The notes under the pieces: generated by a model
What the model saw: only the letters and a program-made list of their open reading frames with translations
Databases searched by the model: none
Told to the model about the DNA's origin: nothing
Part shown: positions 18,273-28,480 of the stretch, piece after piece
Layout: each line of letters begins with the position of its first letter
Position numbering within the stretch: the first letter of the stretch is position 1
Assembly: GCA_963724295.1 (NCBI GenBank)
Contig: CAVRUC010000009.1
Coordinates: 96,001 to 160,000 of the forward strand
Direction of reading: 5' to 3'
Source of the DNA: an uncultured Chloroflexia bacterium
Lineage (GTDB): Bacteria; Chloroflexota; Chloroflexia; Thermomicrobiales; UBA6265
Length of the DNA stretch: 64,000 bases
Position numbers and translations under genes: made by a program

Positions 18273-19073
18273 ATGAGTGTCAAGCTGCGCATTGCCACGT
18301 TCCTGGCGCCGAACATGCTTCCCGTCTACGAGTTCCTCGTCGACGCGTTGGGCCGCGAGCTCGGCAGCAATGCCGAACTGGTTATCGGCGCATCGTTCGA
18401 TCAGTTCGGCAACGGCGAGATTGATGCCGGGTTCATCTGCGGCCTGCCGTACGTTCAGCTCACGAGGCAAATCCCATCGCCGGTCGAGTTGCTGGCAGCG
18501 CCGGTGCTTCGCGGCGATCGCTACGCGGGCCGTCCGATCTACTTCTCCGATGTCATCGTGCATCGCGACAGCCCGGTGCGTACCTTCATCGATCTCCGCG
18601 GGCGATCCTGGGCCTACAACGACCCGGATTCCCACTCCGGCTACAACCTGACCCGCCACCATCTCTTGAAGATGGGCGAAACCTACGGCTTCTTCGGTCG
18701 GGTGATCGAAGCGGGATATCACCAGCACGCGATGCGGTTGGTCGCGGCGGGAGAGGTCGACGCCGCCGCGATCGATTCCCAGGTGCTGGCCATCGAGCTG
18801 CGCGACCATCCCAATCTCGCCGAAGAGCTCCGCGTGATCGGGGCTCTCGGACCCTCGACGATTCAACCGGTGGTTGCGGCACGACACCTTCCGGTCGATG
18901 TCAAAGCCGCGATGCGATCGGCCCTGCTGCGCCTGGGCGATGACCGGTCCGCCCGGACGGAGTTGGCGCGTGGGTTCATCGATCGCTTCGTGCCGGTAAT
19001 CGACGAGGACTATGACGATATCCGAGAGATGCTCTTGTCCGCTGAGCGCGCTGGATTCCTCACGCTGGCATAG
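18273..19073 (+). CDS. PhnD/SsuA/transferrin-family binding protein without a signal peptide
   Basis: FICGLPY, YFSDVIV, DLRGRSWAYNDPDSHSG, H...V..GEVDAAAIDS. Confidence 0.82.
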   Translation: MSVKLRIATFLAPNMLPVYEFLVDALGRELGSNAELVIGASFDQFGNGEIDAGFICGLPYVQLTRQIPSPVELLAAPVLRGDRYAGRPIYFSDVIVHRDSPVRTFIDLRGRSWAYNDPDSHSGYNLTRHHLLKMGETYGFFGRVIEAGYHQHAMRLVAAGEVDAAAIDSQVLAIELRDHPNLAEELRVIGALGPSTIQPVVAARHLPVDVKAAMRSALLRLGDDRSARTELARGFIDRFVPVIDEDYDDIREMLLSAERAGFLTLA

Positions 19074-19229
19074 CTCCGTTCGGCGACGAGACTAGCGCGT
19101 CACGGTGAATTCCTGAAGCATCCCGTTGACTCCTCGCGAGGGCAACGCCTGACCAGACGAGCGAATGGCGTTGTTCGTATACTCGGGGACGTGTGTCTGC
19201 CCTCATCAGCACGAATAGGTTCTCCTCTC

Positions 19230-20798
19230 ATGACCGACTCCAATTCCAACCTCTCGCCCGTGCGCGTCCGGTTCGCGCCGAGCCCGACCGGGCTGTTGCA
19301 CATCGGCGGCGCCCGTACCGCGCTCTTCAACTGGCTGCTGGCCCACGGCCAGACCCGGCGCGAGGGACGAGACGGCGCCTTCCTGCTTCGCATCGAAGAC
19401 ACCGACCGCAACCGTTACGTCGAAGGAGCGGAAGAGGGGATCGTCGATATCCTGCGTTGGTTCGGTCTCGAGTGGGACGAGGGACCGGATGTCGGCGGCC
19501 CCGTGGGTCCCTACCGGCAGAGCGAGCGGACCGACCTCTACCGGGAGCACGCCGCGCGACTGCTGGAGAGCGGGCACGCCTACCGATGTTTCTGCACCCC
19601 CGAGCGCCTGCAGCGGGTGCGAGAGGAGCAGACCGCGCGCAAGGAAGCGCCGGGCTACGACCGCTTCTGCCGCGACCTCACACCGCGGCAGGTGGAGGCG
19701 AATCTTGCCGCCGGGATGCCCTCCTCCATTCGCTTCCGCATGCCGCTTGCTGGCGAGACACCGGTCGTCGATCTGGTGCGCGGGGAGATCGTCTTTCAGA
19801 ATACCAACCTCGAGGATCTGATCCTGCTCAAGTCGGACGGCTACCCGACCTATCACCTGGCCAACGTCGTCGACGATCACCTGATGGAGATCAGTCACAT
19901 CCTGCGCGGCGAGGAGTGGATCCCGACCGCGCCGATCCACGTCCGTCTCTACGATGCCTTCGGCTGGGATGCGCCGCGGTTCGCGCACATGCCATTGATC
20001 CTGGCTCCCGGCGGCGGCAAGCTCTCCAAGCGGCACGGCTCGACGGCGATGGAGGAGTTCCGGGCGCAGGGGTATCTGCCCGAGGCATTGATGAACTATC
20101 TGGCGCTGCTGGGATGGAGTCTCGACGGCACGACCGAGATGTTCAGCCGGGATGACCTGCTCGGGACTTTCACCTTGGAGCGGGTGAACCCCTCGCCGGG
20201 GACCTTCGATTACAACAAGCTGCGCTGGTTCAACCAGCAGTACATCAACCACGTGCTGACGGTCGAGGACCTCACCCTGCGGGTGATGCCGTTTCTGGCA
20301 GAGGCGGAGCTGATCGGACCCGGCCCCTTCGCGCTCAATCATCCCGATTTCGCGCGAGTCGTGCCCGTGACGGCGCTGCTCAAAGACCGCATCGAAACGC
20401 TGGCGGAAGCACCGGATTTGATGGCGTATTTTCTTCAGCCCGAGCTGGAGCCGTACGATCCAGCGCTCCTGGTCCCCAAGAAGATGACGCGGGAGGAAGC
20501 CCTGGCGGCGCTCGAGGCGGTCGCCGCACTGCTGCCTGACGTCGATCTCGATGATGAGGAGGCGACCGAAGCGCGCTTCCGTAGCCTGGCCGACGCGCTG
20601 GGTCTGAAGCCCGGTAGCCTCTTCATGCCGGTGCGCGTGGCGGTCACCGGGCGTACCCAGTCTCCAGGGCTGTTCGAGACGCTGCGGGTCATCGGCGCGG
20701 AGCGAGTTCGGCTGCGCATCGCCGGGGCCATTGAGGGCCTGCGCGACTGGACGCCGGAGGAGCAGCCCGTCGCCGAAACGGCGCGCGCGGGCGTCTGA
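19230..20798 (+). CDS. gltX: Glutamate--tRNA ligase
   Basis: VRFAPSPTG.LHIGG, LRIEDTD, YRQSER, PTYHLANVVDD, RGEEW and KLSKR. Confidence 0.97.
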   Translation: MTDSNSNLSPVRVRFAPSPTGLLHIGGARTALFNWLLAHGQTRREGRDGAFLLRIEDTDRNRYVEGAEEGIVDILRWFGLEWDEGPDVGGPVGPYRQSERTDLYREHAARLLESGHAYRCFCTPERLQRVREEQTARKEAPGYDRFCRDLTPRQVEANLAAGMPSSIRFRMPLAGETPVVDLVRGEIVFQNTNLEDLILLKSDGYPTYHLANVVDDHLMEISHILRGEEWIPTAPIHVRLYDAFGWDAPRFAHMPLILAPGGGKLSKRHGSTAMEEFRAQGYLPEALMNYLALLGWSLDGTTEMFSRDDLLGTFTLERVNPSPGTFDYNKLRWFNQQYINHVLTVEDLTLRVMPFLAEAELIGPGPFALNHPDFARVVPVTALLKDRIETLAEAPDLMAYFLQPELEPYDPALLVPKKMTREEALAALEAVAALLPDVDLDDEEATEARFRSLADALGLKPGSLFMPVRVAVTGRTQSPGLFETLRVIGAERVRLRIAGAIEGLRDWTPEEQPVAETARAGV

Positions 20799-20818
20799 AC
20801 GAGAGAACGGGGACAAGA

Positions 20819-21814
20819 GTGGCGCGTCATCCATGGGTTGCTGAGGCCGACAATGGGATCCGCTGGGGCATCCAGCTCGTCCTTGGCGACGCGGGACTTG
20901 GTCGGTTGCTCGATGCCGGACGCAAGGTGGAGGCGCTCGGATTCGACGGCTGCTTCATCTTCGACCATCCCGCGGTGCAAGCCGATCCCTGGGTCTGCCT
21001 TGCCGCGCTGGCCGGAGTCACCGAGCGGGTGCGGCTCGGTTCGGTGGTCAGTTGCGTGCCGTACCGGCATCCGGCGCTGATCGCGCGCATGACGGCCGAC
21101 ATCGACAACATCAGCCGCGGTCGGTTCATGCTCGGTCTCGGCATCGGCTGGCTGAAACCCGAGTTCGAGGCGTTCGGCGCCAGTTACGACCCGGTTCCCG
21201 AACGATTCGCGGCGCTGGAAGAAGCGCTGGAGATCATCCCCGGCGTTTGGGGCCCGGAGAAGTTCGCCTACGTCGGCACGCACTACCAGATCGGCCCCCT
21301 GCAGGTGTCGCCGCCGCCAATCCAGCAACCCCGCCCGCCCCTGCTCATCGGCGGCAGCGGCGAAAAGCGAAGCCTGAAGCTGGTGGCCAGGTACGCCGAT
21401 GCCTGTAACGTCAACGACGTCGCGCACACCGAGAACGGTCTGGAACGGGTCGGCGGTCCGGACCTGATCGGGCACAAGTACGACGTGGTCCGCGGCTATT
21501 GCGAGGAGCTCGGACGGCCCTACGACGAGATCCTGCGTACGCACTTCACCCTGCGGCTGGTGCTGGCGCCGGACGAGCGCGCCGTCGCGGAGAAGGTTGC
21601 CGCCATCGGGCAGGCCGGGTCCGGCTCGCCGGCGACGCGCCGCGCGCAGCCAAGCGCCTTCATGACAGGCACGCCCGAGCAGGTCGCGCCCTATTACCAG
21701 TCGCTGGTCGACGTCGGCACCCAGTACTTCATCATGCAGGTCGACTCCGGCGACACGGAGACCATGGAGCTGCTGGCGCGCGAGATCGTGCCGCATGTGA
21801 CCATGCGAGCGTGA
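20819..21814 (+). CDS. LLM-class flavin-dependent oxidoreductase
   Basis: GFD..FIFDH, DPW..LAALAGVTERVRLG, YRHPAL, GRFMLGLGIGW and LLIGGSG. Confidence 0.9.
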   Translation: MARHPWVAEADNGIRWGIQLVLGDAGLGRLLDAGRKVEALGFDGCFIFDHPAVQADPWVCLAALAGVTERVRLGSVVSCVPYRHPALIARMTADIDNISRGRFMLGLGIGWLKPEFEAFGASYDPVPERFAALEEALEIIPGVWGPEKFAYVGTHYQIGPLQVSPPPIQQPRPPLLIGGSGEKRSLKLVARYADACNVNDVAHTENGLERVGGPDLIGHKYDVVRGYCEELGRPYDEILRTHFTLRLVLAPDERAVAEKVAAIGQAGSGSPATRRAQPSAFMTGTPEQVAPYYQSLVDVGTQYFIMQVDSGDTETMELLAREIVPHVTMRA

Positions 21815-21942
21815 GCGCGGAATCCTCCGAGCTACCCTGCGTTGCCAGTCAGCCCTGAGGTCGCCGAGGCGGCCTCAGCCGCCTCAGCGGCGAGACAGTA
21901 ATCTGATAGACCGGCACCGTTGGAACAGGAAGGAGGTCAGTG

Positions 21943-22830
21943 ATGGAGACTGACAGCCATCGTTTCACATTGGGCGCATTCCAGTGTGTCTCCCTCAGCG
22001 ACGGCACCTTCAACTATCCGCTCGAGGCCTTCTTCGCCAACGTCCCCAGGGAGCAGGTCGAGGAAGTGCTTCGGCAGCTCGACCTCCCCACCGACCGCAT
22101 CACCACCCCCTACACCTGTCTGTTCGTCGACACCGGCAGGCACCGGGTGCTCATCGATACCGGGGCCGGGAATCTCGCCGCGGCCGCGCCGACGATGTTT
22201 CCGAGCGTCGACCATGCGACAACCGTGACCGGCACGTTGCTCAGGAATCTGGAGGCGGCGGGGATCGACCGATCAACTCGTCGACACGGTCATCATTACC
22301 CACGCCCATCCGGATCACGTCGGCGGCACTCTGGATGATGACGGGACGCTCGTCTTTGGCAACGCCCGGTATGTCGTCCCCGGGGATGAGTGGGACTTCT
22401 GGATGTCCGAGGCCGCGGCTGCGAAAGCCCCGGCCCCGATGGTGGACATCGCTCGGCGCAACCTCGCGGCCATGCGCGATCGGCTGACGCTTGTCGATGA
22501 TGGCGCCGAGGTCGTCCCCGGCATCCGCATCATCGCCACCGCAGGGCACACACCCGGACACGTTGCGCTGTCCATCACCTCGGACGGTGAGCAGATGCTG
22601 CACATCTCCGACGTGGTGCTCTACCCGCTCCATCTCGAGCATCCAGACTGGGTGCCGGTCTTCGACATCATGCCGGAGGAGGCCGCGGCGAGCAAGCACC
22701 GCATCTTCGACCGCGCGGCGCAGGAGCGGACGCTGGTGTTCGCCCACCATTTCCCGCCATTCCCCAACCTGGGACACGTCCGGAAGCACGGGGCGGGCTG
22801 GCAGTGGCAACCGATCCAGTCGGCGCATAG
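21943..22830 (+). CDS. MBL-fold metallo-hydrolase, +1 frameshift near 22275; 3' end uncertain
   Basis: LIDTGAG, then after the shift VIITHAHPDHVGG, GHTPGH, HISD and HHFPP. As assembled the second frame runs to 23092, into the convergent gene; homology-like sequence ends near WQWQPI (~22820). Confidence 0.8.
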
Positions 22831-22902
22831 GTTCCGCGCTCGCCTGCAGCGATCCGGTGGCGAGCGGGTTGTGCAACCCGCGAAGGGGTACGGTCTGTAC
22901 TT

Positions 22903-25161
22903 CTACGCTCGCTGCTCCAGGTGGTACGGCACGCTGGTCACGACCGTGCCGGGACGGAAGAGGAGCGCCGCCTTGATCCGCAAAGCGGTCTGGTTGTGCA
23001 GGATATGCTCCCACCAGTGGCGGGCGATGAACTCAGGAAGTACGACAGTTAGGGTGTCGTCTGGACGTTGCCGGTCGATCTCGTCGAGATAGGCGAGAAG
23101 CGGGCCCACCAGGCTGCGGTACGGCGACTCGATGATCACCATCGGGACGTCGGTGACGAGCGCTTGCCAGCTCTCCCGCATCTGCTCGATCTCGGCTTCG
23201 TCGTCCGTGATGTGTACCGCCGTAACGTTCGGCGAGATCGAGCGGGCGTAGGCCAGCGTCTGGCGCGCCACGCGGTTCACCGCGGCCACCGGCACGATCA
23301 CCGTGTGCACGATCTCCTCCGACTTCAGCGGAGTCTGCGCCGCAAGCTCCCCTGCGGCCCGCGCATAGTGGCGGTGAATTGCGCGGAACATCATGATTAG
23401 GAGGGGGATCAGGAGCAAGACGATCCAGGCGCCCTTTGTGAAGTTGGTCAATCCGACGACGACCGCCACGACCCCGGTCGTGACCACACCGACGATGTTG
23501 ATCGCCAGTCCGCCCTGCCAACCCGGCTCCCGCAAGCGCAGCCAGCGCATCACCATGCCCCCCTGGGAGAGCGTGAATGCGGTGAAGACGCCGACGGCGT
23601 AGAGCGGGATCATGCGCGTCGTCTCGCCGCCGAAACCGGCCAGCATCAGCGAGGAGAGAATGCCCAGGGTGACGATGCCGGTCGAATAGGCAAGCCGGTC
23701 ACCGCGAAAGGTGAACTGTTTCGGCAGATAGCTGTCGCGGGCCAGGAAGTACGAGAGGCGCGGGAAGTCGGAGTACGCGGTATTCGCGGCCAGGATCAGG
23801 ATCGCCAGCGTGGCGATCTGGATGTAGTAATAGGCTGGGGAACCACCGCCGAAGATGGTGCTGGCGATCTGCGAGACGACGGTCTCGTAGCCAAGGGGAT
23901 CATTCGGCTCGCGAGGCACGATCCCGAACTGATTGGCCAGGAAAGTGATCCCCGCGAATGTCGCGGCCAGGATGACGATCATCCAGGTGAGGGTCGCGCG
24001 CGCATTCTTCCACTCCGGGGGTTGAAATGCGGGCACACCGTCCGAGATGGCCTCCACCCCGGTCAGCGCCGCGCACCCTCGGCTGAAGGCGGTCAGGATG
24101 AGCAGGATGCCAAGCGTCTGGGTCGTGGTTCCGATCTCGCCCGCGGACACCACGGGGGCCTGTGCCACGAACCCTTGCGATGCGGCGCGGACCAGACCGA
24201 GCGCGATCATGCCGATGATGCCGACCAGAAAGAGGTAGGTTGGGACGGCGAAGATGCTGCCGGATTCACGGATCCCCCGCAGATTGAGCAGCGTCACCAG
24301 GATGATGAAAGCCAATCCGAGCGTAACCCGGTGGTCGCGCAGTTGCGGCACCGCTGAGGTCAGCGCGGCTACGCCGGCGGCGATACTGACCGCCACGGTA
24401 ACGACGTAGCCGAACAGAAGCGCGGCGCCGGCGGTAAGCGCCGGAAGTTCCCCCAAATTGTCCTTGGCGACGATGTAGGAGCCGCCACCGGCCGGATAGG
24501 CCTTGATCGTCTGCCTGTATGAGATGCCCACGATCAGCAGCAGGGCGACGATACCCGCCCCGATGGGCAGGCTGAGCGCGAGCGCCCCCACACCGGCCAG
24601 CAGCAGGACGTGCAGGATCTCCTCCGTCGCGTAGGCCACAGAGGAGAGGGCATCGGAGGAGAGAACCGCCAGCGCCTTGGTCTTGGTCAGCCGCTCGTGT
24701 GCCGCCTGCGCTGAGCTGAGCGGCGCGCCGATGACGGTGCGCTTGATCTTGCCGAAGGCGCGTCCTGCCGTGCCGCGCGCTTCGAGTGCTTCCTCGGTGG
24801 CGATCAGGTGCCCGGGCGCCGCGCGTTGGAAATCGTCCGACTGCACCCGGCAGACGCGGACATAGCGGTCTCCGAGCAGCCGCCCCTGCACGCCCTGCTT
24901 ACCGACGAGGTCTCCCTGGGTGCGGGGTCCCTCCCGGCGCCGGGCGCGCACGCGCTGCGGGCGGCGCTGGGCACCCGTGGCGGTCTCATCAGTGGGAATC
25001 GCCGCGCCGTTCTCCCCGGAGTGGATGAACGCTCCGGTCGCCGCTTGCTCGACCCCGTTATCGCCTGCGCCGGCGCGATCGTCTTTGCTGGCGAAAGGTA
25101 TATCGGCGTCTGCCGCTGACGGCTTTGGACGACGAGGAGGTCGAAATCGAGCGGTCGCCAT
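22903..25161 (-). CDS. kimA: APC family permease, KimA/YdaO-like potassium transporter
   Basis: LAVLSSDALSSVAYATEE, YPAGGGSY, LNLRGIRESG, ALTGVEAISDGV, IPLYAVGVF, ESPYRS and WWEHILHNQTA. Confidence 0.85.
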   Translation of the reverse strand: MATARFRPPRRPKPSAADADIPFASKDDRAGAGDNGVEQAATGAFIHSGENGAAIPTDETATGAQRRPQRVRARRREGPRTQGDLVGKQGVQGRLLGDRYVRVCRVQSDDFQRAAPGHLIATEEALEARGTAGRAFGKIKRTVIGAPLSSAQAAHERLTKTKALAVLSSDALSSVAYATEEILHVLLLAGVGALALSLPIGAGIVALLLIVGISYRQTIKAYPAGGGSYIVAKDNLGELPALTAGAALLFGYVVTVAVSIAAGVAALTSAVPQLRDHRVTLGLAFIILVTLLNLRGIRESGSIFAVPTYLFLVGIIGMIALGLVRAASQGFVAQAPVVSAGEIGTTTQTLGILLILTAFSRGCAALTGVEAISDGVPAFQPPEWKNARATLTWMIVILAATFAGITFLANQFGIVPREPNDPLGYETVVSQIASTIFGGGSPAYYYIQIATLAILILAANTAYSDFPRLSYFLARDSYLPKQFTFRGDRLAYSTGIVTLGILSSLMLAGFGGETTRMIPLYAVGVFTAFTLSQGGMVMRWLRLREPGWQGGLAINIVGVVTTGVVAVVVGLTNFTKGAWIVLLLIPLLIMMFRAIHRHYARAAGELAAQTPLKSEEIVHTVIVPVAAVNRVARQTLAYARSISPNVTAVHITDDEAEIEQMRESWQALVTDVPMVIIESPYRSLVGPLLAYLDEIDRQRPDDTLTVVLPEFIARHWWEHILHNQTALRIKAALLFRPGTVVTSVPYHLEQRA

Positions 25162-25451
25162 TCAATGAACTCCGCGGGCTGCTCCAGCCATCGTCAACGC
25201 CGATGCATGCGCGATGAGCAGACCCGCTCGAACCGGTTCCGCAGGGCACGTTTGGGCCGAAAATGCCGGAACCACAACCTCCCAAGTGTACCCCTAGCGT
25301 CAAGTCCGGCTGGCGATGATTCTCAGGCTGGCTGGTAGCCATGCGCTCTGAACGGCTACGGTGGAGATCTCTCGGCGAGCCCTGTCCGCGCCGGTCCTGG
25401 CGTCCGACGAGGACGGCAAGACCATCAATCGCCCGTATGAAAGGAAACAGG

Positions 25452-25724
25452 ATGAGCGTTCCCTGTACGCATCTGGATCAGATCCGCGACGTGACTCCGA
25501 GGACGCCTGACGGCTGCGAGGAGTGCCTGCAGATCGGAGACACGTGGGTCCATTTGCGCCTCTGCCTCATCTGCGGTCACGTCGGTTGTTGCGATTCCTC
25601 GAAAAACAAGCACGCCACCAGACACTTCCATGCCACCGATCACCCGCTCGTGCAGTCGTTCGAGCCGGGGGAGGACTGGCTGTGGTGCTTCGTCGACGAA
25701 GTCGCGATGGAGCCAGGACGGTGA
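25452..25724 (+). CDS. Stand-alone UBP-type zinc finger protein
   Basis: CTH, CEEC, LRLCLICGHVGCCDSS..KHA..H and SFEPGEDWLWC. Confidence 0.9.
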   Translation: MSVPCTHLDQIRDVTPRTPDGCEECLQIGDTWVHLRLCLICGHVGCCDSSKNKHATRHFHATDHPLVQSFEPGEDWLWCFVDEVAMEPGR

Positions 25725-25729
25725 TACGA

Positions 25730-25867
25730 GGGTAGCGGGGTCACAGGGTGGCCGGGTGGCAGGACGAACGACTCCCTTCACACCCCGCCACCGTGAGCGA
25801 AGCGAACTACCACCCCGCCTCCACGTGCCTCGGCAGGCGCGCAGCGAGTCATCACCCCATCACCCTC
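25730..25867 (+). repeat. ~140-bp dispersed composite repeat, copy A
   Basis: GGGTNRCN octamers, then GGACGAACGACTCCC, GCCACCGTGAGCGAAGCGAAC and GCGCAGCGAGTCATCACCCCATCACCCTC; homologous to the reverse complement of 38799-38930. Confidence 0.85.
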
Positions 25868-25892
25868 GTGCACTCTTTGAAGGTGACCCGAC

Positions 25893-27254
25893 TTACCCCA
25901 TGACCTCGCGAATCGAATCCGCGATGGCATTTGCCACGTCGTCGAGTTCGGGCTGCTGAATCGTCAGGGGCGGCGAGATGGCGATGCCGTCGTTGACCGG
26001 GCGCACGATGATGCCGCGCTCCCGCGTCGCCTTCGTCAGCCGCCCTCCGACGTTCAAGGCCGGGTCGAGCTTCGTCTTGGTCGAGGTGTCGGCGACCAGC
26101 TCGACGAAGAGCATCAGCCCCTTGCCACGCACGTTGCCAACGTTCGGGTGATCGTCCAGCCTGTCGTGCAACGCGCCGAGTAGATAGTCTCCAGCTCGAC
26201 CCGCATTCTCCGGCAGACGCTCGCGCTCGATGATGTCCAGGTTCGGCAGGGCGACCGCGCATGCCACCGGATGTCCCGAGTAGGTGAATCCGTGCATGAA
26301 CATGCGGTCCGGAGTGCTCAGCGTGTCCCAGATCTCATCAGTGACGCCGACACCGCCGAGCGGCACATAACCAGAGGTGATCCCCTTGGCAAAGGAGACG
26401 ACGTCAGGCGTGACGCCGTACTGCTGCATGCCGAACATGGTGCCGGTCCGCCCGAAGCCGCAGATGACCTCGTCGAAGATCAGCAGGATGTCGTGCTTCT
26501 TCAGTACCGGGGCGATGGCAGCCCAGTAGCCCTGTGGCGGCACGACGACTCCGCCCGCACCCTGCACCGGCTCCCCGATCATGGCGGCGATAGTGTGGGC
26601 GCCTTCGCGCTCGATCGTCTCCTCCAGCTCGCGGACAAGAGAGGCGACGAATTCGACTTCGCTCATGCCCTCGCCATGCCGGTACTTGTAAGGCGGGGTG
26701 AGATGGACGAACCCTGGCACGTTGGGACCGAACCCCTCGTGGTAGGTCGGGATGCCGGTGGCCGCCAGCGCGCCCATGGCGATGCCGTGGTAGGCCATCC
26801 TGCGGGAGAGGATCGTGACCTTTTCCGATTGTCCCTTCAGCCACCAGTAGTAGCGGGCGATCTTCAGCGCCGTCTCATTCGATTCCGCCCCGCCGGAGGT
26901 GAACTGGAAATGGTTGAGGTCGCCGGGGAAGAGCGACGCGAGCCGCGTCGCGAGCTCGATCGGCGGTGGCGAGGCAAGGCCGAAGAAGTTGGGTACGAAC
27001 GCGACCTCGCGGATCTGCGCCGCCGCCACCTCGGCCAGTTCGGCCCGGCCGTGGCCGATATTGACGTTCCACAATCCGGCGAAGGCATCGATGTAGCGCT
27101 TGCCATCGGAGTCCCAGAGGAAGACGTCTTCCCCGCGCACCATGACGAGCGGTCCGTCGTCGCGCAGGGAGCGCAAATTAGACACCGGATGGAGGAGATG
27201 CGCCTTGTCCTGAGTAACGAGCTCCGTGGTGTTCCATGTCTGTGCGACGGCCAT
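25893..27254 (-). CDS. Class III PLP-dependent aminotransferase (omega-amine/putrescine:pyruvate type)
   Basis: YIDAFAGLWNVNIGHG, SGGAESNE, YHG, EPVQGAGG, FDEVICGFGRTG, FAKGITSGYVPLG and HGFTYSGHP. Confidence 0.93.
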   Translation of the reverse strand: MAVAQTWNTTELVTQDKAHLLHPVSNLRSLRDDGPLVMVRGEDVFLWDSDGKRYIDAFAGLWNVNIGHGRAELAEVAAAQIREVAFVPNFFGLASPPPIELATRLASLFPGDLNHFQFTSGGAESNETALKIARYYWWLKGQSEKVTILSRRMAYHGIAMGALAATGIPTYHEGFGPNVPGFVHLTPPYKYRHGEGMSEVEFVASLVRELEETIEREGAHTIAAMIGEPVQGAGGVVVPPQGYWAAIAPVLKKHDILLIFDEVICGFGRTGTMFGMQQYGVTPDVVSFAKGITSGYVPLGGVGVTDEIWDTLSTPDRMFMHGFTYSGHPVACAVALPNLDIIERERLPENAGRAGDYLLGALHDRLDDHPNVGNVRGKGLMLFVELVADTSTKTKLDPALNVGGRLTKATRERGIIVRPVNDGIAISPPLTIQQPELDDVANAIADSIREVMG

Positions 27255-27317
27255 GTTCCCTCCCATTCCCGCCAGCGGGCAGATATCGTTCCAGTCGCCC
27301 TGTGGCGGCCAACTAGA

Positions 27318-28454
27318 TTAGCAGGAGTTGCGTCCGGATCGCGCCCGGGGCTCGCGTGCGGCGCGCATCGTGGCGCCTTCCACCGTGCCTATTGACACGC
27401 CGAGATTGCGAATCGCGGCTTCGGAGGCGCCCGCGGCGCGTGCCGGGGTCACGATCTCTCGCTCCAGGTCGGGGACCCAGCCGCGCAGCACGACACTGTC
27501 GCCTCCCGCGGAGACCATGGCTGCCTGCTCCGTGGGCAGGATGAGCGTCTCTCCGGTTGCCGCGGAGGCCACCCATCCGGAGGCGTCGAGCGTCACCATG
27601 CCGGCGACGGGGGTGAGCACCTGAGGGCTGTCAGTCGCCGCGAGCAGAACGACGCTGTCCCCGGCGAGGACGATCCGCTCCAGCGCGAAGTACGGTGTTG
27701 CCACCAGGAGCGCGCGGTCCGCCGCGGCATCGACGAGCGGAACACGTGGTATCGCCTCCGGCCGCGAACGCGGATCGATCAGGGCCAGTCCCTCGCGGTG
27801 GTGCAGCGCGCGGGCTATTCCCGAGGCGTCAACCCGGCCCCAGTCATCCAGCCGGAAGGTGACGTTGGAGGGCTGCTGGATCTCGTAGAGGAGCACACCG
27901 GCGCCAAGTGCGTGCGGAGTCCCCGCCGGGATCAGCACTGTCATCCCCGGCGCAGCGGGAACCTGACGGAGGCAACCGGCGGCCGACCCATTGGCCAGTA
28001 GGCAGGAGGCCGCAAACTCCTCCGGCGTGACCTCCGGATCGAGACCAAGGTAGATGATGCTCCCCGGCTCGGCCGCCAGGACGTGATAGGCCTCCGTCTT
28101 GCCGGTGCCGAGCCCGGCGGCGGCGGCCGCGCGATCGTCCGGATGGACCTGGATCGATAGATCCGCCTGACCGTCGATCAGCTTGATGAGTAGCGGGAAG
28201 ATCGGCCGTCCTCCTGTTGCCTCTAGCCCGCGGGCGCCGATCCAGGCAGCGGGTTCGCGGCTGGCGAGCACACTGAGGGGGGTGCCGGAAAGCGTCCCGG
28301 AGGCTACCGTCGCCTCCGGCGCCGTGAGGAGGGCCTCCCCGATCGTCTCGCCGGGCGGCAGAGAAATACCCCATGCCTCCAGCAACCGGCCGCCCCACGG
28401 CTTGGCATCAAGACGCGGCTCAACTTTGACCGGCCGGACGGGCCCCCTCGTCAC
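27318..28454 (-). CDS. manA: Class I mannose-6-phosphate isomerase
   Basis: KPWGG, FPLLIKLID, LSIQVHPDD, GKTEAY, GTPHALG and EIQQPS. GTG 28454 has a GGAGG RBS (track start 28478). Confidence 0.87.
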   Translation of the reverse strand: MTRGPVRPVKVEPRLDAKPWGGRLLEAWGISLPPGETIGEALLTAPEATVASGTLSGTPLSVLASREPAAWIGARGLEATGGRPIFPLLIKLIDGQADLSIQVHPDDRAAAAAGLGTGKTEAYHVLAAEPGSIIYLGLDPEVTPEEFAASCLLANGSAAGCLRQVPAAPGMTVLIPAGTPHALGAGVLLYEIQQPSNVTFRLDDWGRVDASGIARALHHREGLALIDPRSRPEAIPRVPLVDAAADRALLVATPYFALERIVLAGDSVVLLAATDSPQVLTPVAGMVTLDASGWVASAATGETLILPTEQAAMVSAGGDSVVLRGWVPDLEREIVTPARAAGASEAAIRNLGVSIGTVEGATMRAAREPRARSGRNSC

Positions 28455-28480
28455 CCTCGTCCTCCGCTGGGCCGGCACAT

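Noticed and set aside
19074..19229. T-box leader before gltX
   Set aside because: The region is short and lacks the GGTGGNACCGCG T-box sequence.
19206..21796. Long antisense ORFs 19206..20834 and 20435..21796
   Set aside because: They shadow gltX and the LLM gene; open reverse frames are expected from high-GC codon bias, and they show no motifs.
25162..25450. c-di-AMP (ydaO) riboswitch upstream of the KimA-like gene
   Set aside because: I could not find the conserved GCTGAA / GGGGTGAAT / CCGTCAGCTAAC-type elements; an Infernal search would be definitive.
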